The notes beneath the pieces are model-generated. The model was not told the origin of the DNA. It did no database searches and worked only from the letters and a program-made list of their open reading frames with translations. Shown here in pieces: positions 23,501 through 34,152 of a stretch of DNA of 34,152 nt. Within the stretch, counting starts at the first letter, position 1; each line of letters begins with the position of its first letter. Source of the DNA: Octopus bimaculoides (lineage: Eukaryota). The stretch spans positions 35,345,105 through 35,379,256 of the forward strand of contig NC_068990.1 of NCBI RefSeq assembly GCF_001194135.2, in the 5' to 3' direction. Made by a program: the position numbers and the translations under genes.

Positions 23501-24775
23501 CACTGATTATAATGTACCCTGATTATGCTAACTCTATTTCAAACGGAGTTACACGTTTTAGACAAATACTAGCGGGACACCCGTAGGTGATGTTTTTAAA
23601 ACATGTAGGAATGATTCCATGACTATGAGAAAATAAGTAAAATGGTAGTCATTTCTCAGCTTCTACAGGAAAGGTAAAGTGAATTCGTAGTAAAAATGCG
23701 TGCTAACTTCATATTTGTCTTCATGTTACGTTTATTTGAATTGTTTTTATTATCGAAATTATAAGAACTGTTAAAGTTAAGATTCAGGTACATGAAAAGC
23801 TAGATTTATTCGACATTTATTGTTATGTATGATATGACTAATTTCACGTGTTACTGTCTTTTCTGAAGTGTCTCTCAGGGTCGGCTGTCTACTGTGTATA
23901 TGGTTCGTATGCTTTACAGCTGACATTTTGCTACTTAAATTACATTTGTCATACAATTTACTCTGTTACGACTCGCGGCAACAACAATTGCATGTATGGG
24001 AAAATCCTTCAATCAAATGGGAGATAAAATCATTGGAAGTTACTGTTGACGCTCAACATAAAATATAACGAAAACCTCGAAAGGTATAAGTGAAATTATT
24101 GTACATGACTTTTTCAAGAACATGGACTAAAAGCTTAACCTTTCTATAGTAACTATATGTATATGTGTGTGTGTGCATGTGTGTATGTCACTAAAACCAC
24201 ACCAGCGTTGTTTCTTGATAATTTGTGATCATTTTGCACCTCATATTCCTCTCTTTCTTTCTCTCTTTCTTTTTCTCTCGTGAGCGTACATCTAACATGA
24301 AGTTCTCAGGACCCCAGAGGACGGACACCTTAATGTGGCGAAAGAAAAATCATATGTATTGCACCAGTGGAAACCTGCCACATCAGTAGTTTTCTAGCAT
24401 ATGAGAGCACAAGTAACGTTGGCCGGAACAAACATACTCATCCGGTCTTCGAATAGAGTGCTTTTAATCAATACCTCAAAGACTTTGTCACCCATGCTGA
24501 TGGCCTATTAACATGAGGCAATACATCTTTAATGGCAAAACGAGGGAAGGCAAATGATTGTGCTACCTGAATTTTTCAGGATATGATTTGATACCACAAA
24601 TATATGCTTTTCCTTTAAAACAATTTTTTCAGTAGCTATTCCTATTTCGTATTCACCGCTCATTATTTCCCTTACATCTCATAAACAATTAATGTCAGAT
24701 ACGTTTTGAATCTTGGTCTTTTTATTAAAGCTTGCGCATCCGCTGTCACTGGTCATTGCATTTGCTAATATACGA

Positions 24776-24778
<3 letters not shown>

Positions 24779-24851
<73 letters not shown>
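24779..24851. repeat. (CT)n-(AT)n microsatellite
   Basis: Direct reading. Confidence 0.96.
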
Positions 24852-24855
<4 letters not shown>

Positions 24856-25622
24856 CGGGAAATAGAGAAAAAACATTTAATCAACAAACAAACAAATTGA
24901 ACGACATCGGTTGATTATTTCTTTATACAAAACATGACATAACATTGCATAACATTCCATACTGCTTTTCCGCTTTCAATGTTAGTCGGTGCTTACGAAA
25001 GAAATTCCGAAAATAATATTCGTCGTCTTCATAGCACATTCAATATAGTACATGGAGCTTCATCAGAGTGAATACAAATTCGTAAAGGAAAATAAACAAC
25101 ACGAAGATGGAATTGGAAAGAACTGGGCCTCAAGTAGAAGCCAAGAGTTTCAATATATTAAAATCATACCATCTTGCAGCGTGGAACTTCGAAGTCGATA
25201 GGCAATTGAGTGAACTTGTAGTGTTCTAGGGAAATATTTACGGGTTATTTCTATATAAAGGGGGGACCAGGGTGTTTGAATAGTAGTGAAACGAATTTAG
25301 TACTAAATAAGACCAGAATTACCAATATGTGTAGAAAAAGAATAGTACTTATGATATCGTAAATAGGGCTAGTTAATATTTATCCAGAAAGAAAACCGTA
25401 GGATTCTTATAACGGTGTATTTACTGAAATATTGTAGAAACCACCACCTGTTTTCGGCAATGAGATTGACCAAAGTCTATCCAACTCTACAATTGGCCAA
25501 TTATATTTGAATGAAAGGCAAAAGTTAAGACCGTTACAGGGGATATGTAAATAAAGAAGAAGACAAACTAGTAAATTAAGAGTGCGGGGGAGAAGACTGT
25601 GATATATATATATATATATATA

Positions 25623-26041
25623 NNNNNNNNNNNNNNNNNNNNNNNNNNNNNNNNNNNNNNNNNNNNNNNNNNNNNNNNNNNNNNNNNNNNNNNNNNNNNN
25701 NNNNNNNNNNNNNNNNNNNNNNNNNNNNNNNNNNNNNNNNNNNNNNNNNNNNNNNNNNNNNNNNNNNNNNNNNNNNNNNNNNNNNNNNNNNNNNNNNNNN
25801 NNNNNNNNNNNNNNNNNNNNNNNNNNNNNNNNNNNNNNNNNNNNNNNNNNNNNNNNNNNNNNNNNNNNNNNNNNNNNNNNNNNNNNNNNNNNNNNNNNNN
25901 NNNNNNNNNNNNNNNNNNNNNNNNNNNNNNNNNNNNNNNNNNNNNNNNNNNNNNNNNNNNNNNNNNNNNNNNNNNNNNNNNNNNNNNNNNNNNNNNNNNN
26001 NNNNNNNNNNNNNNNNNNNNNNNNNNNNNNNNNNNNNNNNN
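25623..26041. other. Assembly gap (N run)
   Basis: Run of N flanked by (AT)n on both sides. Confidence 0.99.
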
Positions 26042-26880
26042 ATATATATATATATATATATATATATACATGTGTGTGTGTGTGTGTGTGTCTGTGTGTG
26101 TGTGTGTCTGTGTGTTTGTGTGTGTGTGTATGTGTATGTGTGTATGTGTGTCTCTGTGTGTGCATATATACATATATATACATATATATTCCTATTCCAT
26201 AACAGCGAAAGCATTGTAAGAAAAAAGAACCCTCAGAATTCTAAACCTGTTTGGTAGATTCCAGCATAATCTTAACTACCACAACCTAAATCGATATTCA
26301 ACGAAGTTTGTAGCCATAAGAAGGAAACATAATACAGGACTAAATCATGAAATAGAAACAAAACGGAAGATATATTTATGTTACATACACAGAAGAAGTG
26401 AACGGAGGCAATTGATGCCTAGCTATAAATTTGGACAATCGTACGATAATTACAAACAATCCTTAAATGCAATGGAGGTAAACTCACCGAACTCTGAACC
26501 TAATTCTTTCTCCCCGCGTAATTACAAAATTATTTTTACATGTTCTATTTATATTTCATTCGAAACTAAATTACTCGTGAATCAAAATAGTTAAATCTGT
26601 TTTGAAAGAGGTAGAGCTCTGAGCTTATAGTTTTAAGGTAGCTTCAAAGTAAATACCAAAGAAGCGCAAAGAAGAATTTTGAAGATTCGCTGTAAAGAAA
26701 TATCATTCCAATTACTATACCAAATCCTTCTATTCACCAGGATAGCTACTGGAACATCCATCTCTATTCACTTGCTTTAAATACAATCTCTAAAACCATA
26801 TTAATGATGCTGCAATTAATCTCATTGTTGTTGAACCTGTTGATGTTTTTGTTATTGCTCTTAAGGTTGCAGCTGTTTTT

Positions 26881-26944
26881 GTTGTTGTTTTTGTTGTTGT
26901 TGTTCTTCTAATTATTTTTAATATCATCATCATCATCATCATCT

Positions 26945-26997
<53 letters not shown>

Positions 26998-27064
26998 GTC
27001 GTCATCATCGTCATCATCATCGTCATCATCATCATCGTTGTCGTCGTCGTCATCGTCGTCAACG

Positions 27065-27105
<41 letters not shown>

Positions 27106-27113
27106 TTTATTAT
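26881..27113. repeat. Compound trinucleotide array (GTT)n...(CAT)n-(CGT)n-(ATT)n
   Basis: Direct reading. Confidence 0.95.
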
Positions 27114-27227
27114 TTAATTGATCTTCTTGAGGCGTTTATTGCCTCTACAAGAGCAGCTTAATACATTTCGGGTACATCCATTGCTATTATTTCTCATTGT
27201 GTTAGTAGTAAGCAACATACTACTACT

Positions 27228-27237
27228 ATTACTACTA

Positions 27238-27288
<51 letters not shown>
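27228..27288. repeat. (ACT)n-(AAT)n microsatellite
   Basis: Direct reading. Confidence 0.95.
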
Positions 27289-27292
<4 letters not shown>

Positions 27293-28671
27293 CGTGCCTC
27301 CGTTATTTCTGTTTAAAGAAATACTTTAAGAATTCAAAGTTGATAGTGCACGCCTATATAAATTCCCTCTTTTTGTCTGTATATCTCATTCGTCACTTGC
27401 TTTAGCTATCTTAGCTATCTTTCTCTCCCTATTGTCCTTCAATTCTTTCTCCCTTTTTCTCTCTTTCACTACGTCTATCCGTCTATCCATGTATTACGAA
27501 CGTATTACGTTAAACTGGTGTTGTGTAGTTTTTTCTCACCTGGTGATGGGTACTCTGATTATAACTTCTTAAGACCTACGGGAAATTCTCTAAGATATTT
27601 GCCAGTGATGTGAAACAAGAAAATAAGATATTTGTTTTGGTCTTTCTGGCTTGTTCTATCCCTAAGATGCGCTTCAAGAAGTAAATATTTTTCTCATTTT
27701 CAAACAGTAAAAAAGTAAATGATTATTTCAACAAAATAGAGATTAAAAGAACATGGAATTCTTTGTGTCGATTCATGAAATTTTATTGTACTCCGTCATT
27801 ATAGACATCATTGTGATATTGAACACTAAGAAAATCTTCAGGTTTATTTCGTTTTTTTTTCTTCAGTACAGTGCTTGTTATTATGTTTGAGCATAAAAGC
27901 AGTTAGTACTATTGTATTTCATTGTTTTCCTTTTAAATTTCTCTTAATGAAGACATTTCTACTTTCTCTGTTATTGGTGGTAGTAAAATGCAGTAATTTA
28001 CCAGTTCAACACAGTAATGTAACTGAATATAATTTCTCTGCATGAATTTGACTGATTCTTAGTAAAACATATTTAGTACATTTGCTGCAAATGCTATAAA
28101 TAATTATGCCTATACTGTAGCATGCAAAATTGTGCGTCTCATATTAAAGTAGCGCATTTGTGAGCAGATATTGTCCTCGGCTACGAGACAGGGGTATAGT
28201 ATGTCCGAAGCGCTATATCTAAAAATGTCTCATATTTAAGAGCATGCGTCAACTAGCATGTCCTATAGATTTGTTCCCCTAACTTATGCTACATCGTGTC
28301 TATGCGATGTGTACAGCCCGATGTCTTAGTGATTCAGGAAAAATTTCAAAACTACAAATGTTTGCATTTCAACTTATTAACAATGATGAGTATAAGCAAT
28401 TCTGGTATTTCAACTTAGCTTTCTTAACGATTCATACATCAACATTCTATTGCTTGCCATACAGATGCCGTATAGTAGTTACTAATTCTGTAACAATTCT
28501 ATATTTACCTATGTAGCCTCATGTGCATTTACTTAATATTTCTTCCATTAATACTTAGGCGAGATAAAGGAATTGTTTAGATAATGAGAGCAAAATAAAA
28601 TTGTGAAGAGTCTTCTGCTGCTACAGTGCATAGCCACTCCTTAATAAGAATGGACAACTGTTACTGCTTGA

Positions 28672-28736
<65 letters not shown>
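28672..28736. repeat. (CTA)n microsatellite
   Basis: Direct reading. Confidence 0.96.
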
Positions 28737-30282
28737 GATCCGACACCAACCAGAAGAAACCAGTATCACGTGGCTTTTGCAAGAAAACATATGAGCTGCT
28801 AGAACTTACATCATGTGAGTTCGATCTAAGTTAATGTATTGAAATATAGTTATCTTTTCATTTCAGCATGGCTAAATCCGTTTTTTAATATGGTTGAAAC
28901 CGGTAGAATGCTTCCAAAAATGTGGAAAAACACTCTGCTTTATCAAGTATAAAGCTCCCAAACCATTCTTTGTTTTTCCCTACATATTTGCATACACACA
29001 TGCCACGCACAGGCACACCCATCCACCTAAAACTCCTACACACACACACATATATATTTGCTTATATTCATAAGTATATATCTTGGGGAAAATGTTTTGC
29101 CAACAAAAAATTGTTGTCCTTTTTTTTTTACTTTACTTCTTGTTATTATTAGCTGTCAACTAGCCAGATAATGAACATATTAATTAATCGATCAGTTAAT
29201 TCAACAAAGTCCTCTTGTTGCCATAATCAATAACATATTTCAAATGCCCTCGTTGTTCCACGCCTATCTTGTTGTCCTAATAGATAGTCATATATATGTA
29301 CATTTATTCATTTATGGATATGTGTGTTTGTGTGTATATGTGTGTGGTTGCTCACAAAACTAAATATGTTTGATATATTTAGAGATGCGCATACGTACCT
29401 ATGTCTCTTAATACGTAACTATAAGTTCATATATTCATATTTGAATATATGCATACTTATAAATATATGTCCGTGTGTATGCACGAATATCCATATACAT
29501 ACATGTTTATATATGTTTATAAATGATTATAGACATGTTATACATGTTTACTTATTTTTCTGGTTATAAATATTAGTGTGCATGTGTGAATAAGTAAACC
29601 TGTACATGGTAGCTTTATTCTCTTGGTATATGAATGTATAAGTCAAAATGACAGATGGTCGAAAAAATAGAAATTCAATCTTTCTAAATGAACACGAAGA
29701 AGAAGAAAAGGAAGCGACTAAATGTAAGTTATATCTCCAATCATACACACACACACGCACACATAGACACTGGCTGAAATGACGCTGACAAAATAGCTGC
29801 TTGACTGATTAATCAAATGATTAAACAAACAATCCAGTAGTAGATTGGTTAATAAAGGGATTAATAATAATAAGAATAATGATAAATAGAACCAGTGCTT
29901 GTGTTATTTATTGGCAATAAGAAATCCTCTTATGATTCATCATATTTCAACATCTTCACATCATAAATCAGGCAGAAGAAATAAAAAAGGGAAATGCACA
30001 CATACACGCACACAGACACACACACATGCACACACATCTGTATGTTTGTGTGTATATACGTAACTGTCTCTATTTTCACTCTATCTCTCACCACCTCTCT
30101 CATATGTGTGTGTATGTATGTATGTATATATATATATATAAATATATATTGAGAGATGTAGGGAGAGACAGAGAGAAGATAGAGATAGTTAGATACACAT
30201 ATACATGTGTATGCATGTGTATGCATGTGTGTATGTGTGTGTATATATGTATATTTGCGTGTGTCTTTCAGTGTGTGCGTGC

Positions 30283-30286
<4 letters not shown>

Positions 30287-30331
<45 letters not shown>

Positions 30332-30340
30332 TGTGTGTGT
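30287..30340. repeat. (GT)n-(GA)n microsatellite
   Basis: Direct reading. Confidence 0.95.
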
Positions 30341-31719
30341 ATAAAATCAGTGAACTTGTTTTTAGTGTATTGCTATACACAAGAAATCGACAATATTGCT
30401 TGAAGCGTATCAAATCTAACGACATATTGTTCACTCAAATTTAGTTATCTTATTGCTTGTAACAAACATATATGTGTTATTAAATAGAGGAAAATGGTCT
30501 TCATTCGTTGATTAAATCCTGAAGTCAAGATTTGTTATTGTAATAGAATATTCAAAACTATTCTATATCAATATAAAATAAGTTTCATATATTTATTCAT
30601 GTATTTCTATGTATCAGATTTATAGTTCACTGATGCGAATGATCTATATTTGGTGCCAGTTTCGGATGGAATTGTGTTCTGTGAATATAAAATACATTTC
30701 TGATCATATAATATTATCATTTCAATTTTTTCGACGTTAGTACGATGACATTTTCAATAGATTTCATCCAATCTATGGTGATATCTTTTCAGGTAAATCT
30801 TCATTTTTATTTTAGTGTTTTTACTTGATATCTGAACATTATTTCACGGAGAAGTAAACGTCTTGTGAATATCTTAATAATTAAAAGTATTTAATCGATG
30901 ATATCTGCGATCACTTACAATATAACTAAATAAAGTAACAGAATTTATAGCTTTAATTTGTTTTCTAATCGACCCGCCAAAAACTCTTGTTATTAATATT
31001 ATTTATATTTTTCATATTGTATCTTACCTTGCGAAAATCATTTATACAAATATGTAACAATCTCAGCTCAGACGTCTTAATGTACCGTGTAATACGTAAC
31101 ATTTTTATTTTACATTAGTAAATAAATTTCATTCATTTTTTTTTATAAAACACCTATTCCATGCGCACATATGATAACAGAACGATAGAGATGGTTTTAT
31201 TAATCCCTGTGAGTAAACCTCTGAAATACTTTTACGATATACTTCTTCACTTAACTACGAAATCCCCATATGGCAAGTCGTATAATGGCTACAACAACGC
31301 GACTGTTCAAGCTTCTGATATAAAATGAAATCTACTTTAATTCCACGCTCTACTAATCATTGAAACATTCCTCACACCGTTTTATTGCCATTTCTGACCA
31401 TTATGTCTGCTTGAAACCTAACGAGATAACCAGAAGTTTAACCATATCTTATTCCACTAGCCTCACATCGCTCGTAAATGTCATTTACTTTAAGTACAAC
31501 CACGATCCTTTGTGTGTTCAATGCATGGGCTTTATAGTATATCAATATTTATTAAAACATCCAATATGTATAAATTTCGATAATATAACATTCAGTTAAA
31601 AGTAAAATACACGTACATAAGTTCAAAGAGAAACATATAAATACAAATGCATATACATATACGTTTATATATACATGTACATACACACACATACTTAGCC
31701 ATATCTCCGAATGTTTGTT

Positions 31720-31845
31720 TGTATGTATGTATGTATGTATGTATGTATGTTTGTATGTATGAATGCATGCATGCATGTACGTATGTATGTAGGTAGGTAG
31801 ATATGTATGTATGTATGTATGGATATATGTATGTTCGTATGTATG
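31720..31845. repeat. Degenerate (ATGT)n array
   Basis: Direct reading. Confidence 0.9.
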
Positions 31846-32083
31846 TGCGAATCAAGAAACTCCTTCATTTTCAGCAGTCAACAGTATAGAAAAAATGCTT
31901 CCATTCTTATTTCTATTTGACCCATATTTAGGCTTTGTAATATTGAAAGTTAGTAGGGTTTTTCTTATGTACGCTACTTGCATGTAAAAGGTATCACATA
32001 ATTAATGACGATTAAAAGAAGCATTTTACATCGTATACACGTCCCCTTTTGTAATGAAGGAGAAGAGCAGACTCCTGACTGAA

Positions 32084-32143
32084 ATGTGAGTATGGTACTC
32101 CCCCATACTCACATGCGCATATGGAAGAGTACCATACCTACTT
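32084..32143 (-). ncRNA. Candidate pre-miRNA-like hairpin
   Basis: Minus-strand RNA GUAUGGUACUC-UU-CCAUA pairs with UAUGG-GG-GAGUACCAUAC: 18 contiguous bp including two G-U pairs, a 12-nt loop and partial further pairing; no known miRNA recognised. Confidence 0.35.
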
Positions 32144-33963
32144 GAAGAAAAGAAGGGGTAGAAGGAGAGGAATGTAATAAAATAGAAACAAAAAGTAAAA
32201 AGAAACAAAGGTAATGAAATTCATTCCATTTGAATCCAGAGATCAAAATGTCTACTTTGACAAGTTCTTTTCCATAACCATTAACAATGTCCTCGACAGC
32301 TATCCCCTAACTGTTCCCAGTTTTAATATGTCATTTTGTCCAGAGAAATACAACGATCACTTGAAAGACACTAAAATCTGTCCATTTCCAAAAGAGCAAC
32401 TACAATTAAACCAATAGATCGCACAACCACAGCTGTGTGATCGAACAAACATTACGTCAAACGCTCTCAAGTTAGATGAACTCTGCTTTTCAGTTTCATA
32501 TCCCGCACTATTTTCCCTTCATATCATTAACCTACTAAAAACGCTCACTCTTATACTTCGACAACATCGTTCTGCTATGGAGAAAAGAACATCATAGTAA
32601 TTGAAACATTTCGTTTTAACCTCTATAAGGTGATTCTGAAGGAAATGTTCCTGTCGACTAAGATCGTCTTCTTTGCGTGTAGCAGTATGCTATTTCTAGC
32701 ATTTATCGATCTCATAAAAAGAAAAAGGGTTTAATTAGCGTGCTATCAATAAGTAGAACCGAACGACCTCATGCTACTTTCCAATATTATAAGACTCTGG
32801 AATACTTACGTTACTATATATAGAAAAGTAGTGAATAGAAAAATCACTAAATAAATTGGTTGTATTAAAATAACGTATATTCTATAGTTGTCTTTATTTT
32901 TATCTATTTTAATTTTCAATTAATTTTTTTTTTGTTTTATGCTCTGAAGAAACATTTACATTTAGCTTTAGAAATTTATAATTAAATATAAATTCACCTG
33001 GAACGTATTGAAATGAGCGGAAAATTATTGAATTATTAATAACATAAATGCTTTTATTTTTTTCTTTTAAGTATCATAATTCATTATATTTTATTGTCAC
33101 AAATGATGTCATGTACATATAGAAATTACTACTCTATCGCCCTCCCATTGCTAGAGGTAGTCGTCGTACAGAAAACATAATATGTATCATATATGAGCTG
33201 AATTACATTTGAAAATTTATAGCATTAAAGCCATTGAATATATAAATAGAATTAAGAGAAAAGCCATTGATACACTCGTACAGTGTACTTTTAAAACGGA
33301 AATATATTTGATGTAACTTTAGATTGTATATCAGGAGTTAAGATAAAGATACTGTTGTAAGTAGCACAGAACTGAAACTGCGCTTTCTTAGCTGAAATCA
33401 GACTTCTGGAGCCTCTTCAAGACTTCTATACCTACTATAAGAAGTTCACAATCTGAGCAGGCATGAAAAGATGACGTTTTACATATATGTTGCACATAGT
33501 TTGGGATAACTTCTAAATATTCACGGGAATAATGCATCAAATATCATGAGAACTACAAAGCTAAGTTGCCTACCAATGGACATTGTAAAATTTATTTTAC
33601 GATCAGAAGATTCATTTTACAATTACAATATGTTCTGATGTAATTTTTCTGTTACATTTACTTTACAACGCGATTCCATTTTGTTTCTAGAGTTTTTTTC
33701 CCATGTAACTCCTTCGTTGCTCTTCCTAAAGATTACATTCTCATAATCAAATAACATCATTCTTCAGTCATTCTTAAACAAAGACGCAAGCTAAAGATTT
33801 TGAAAATGAAACTTATCAAAATATCAATTTTTTTAATATAGAAAAACTGGTACATTTGTGGCAGATGGGGTATTATATGGATATCAATGTATTAAACAAC
33901 CATGTAATCTCAGATGCACGTAGAAGTGCTGCACCTGACAAGGTTCAGTGTTCATATCCGACC

Positions 33964-34033
<70 letters not shown>

Positions 34034-34042
34034 GTATCTATC
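33964..34042. repeat. (ATCT)n microsatellite
   Basis: Direct reading. Confidence 0.96.
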
Positions 34043-34152
34043 TCTATGGACGGACGGTAGACGTGTCGGCTCTGTAAGTTTTGCCTTTTTCATGTTTTAA
34101 AAAGTTTGTTTGTAAAATTTATTTTATATACAAAGTTGTATAACAACTTGTA

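Noticed and set aside
26790-27405. Poly-Met/Thr and poly-Ile/Leu ORFs
   Set aside because: Translations of trinucleotide microsatellites

Overview
AT-rich, microsatellite-dense eukaryotic non-coding DNA with five N-gaps, each bordered by (AT)n or (GT)n tracts. The repeat families look like those of octopus/coleoid genomes; this is recognition from memory, not a database result. No intact host gene can be supported, and nearly all listed ORFs are microsatellite or gap artefacts. Supported content: (1) two decayed restriction-like-endonuclease (R4/Dong-type) LINE fragments; (2) a Penelope-like element 3' end with a GIY-YIG endonuclease remnant followed by a tRNA-like Pol III head, an (AAT)n tract and a mutated minimal hammerhead ribozyme, plus a second copy of that module lacking the hammerhead; (3) a tandem cluster of four tRNA-derived SINEs and other SINE remnants; (4) several local duplications, including a scrambled near-identical one; (5) two long pre-miRNA-like hairpins. 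The tRNA-head/hammerhead/Penelope composite is the most interesting system seen.
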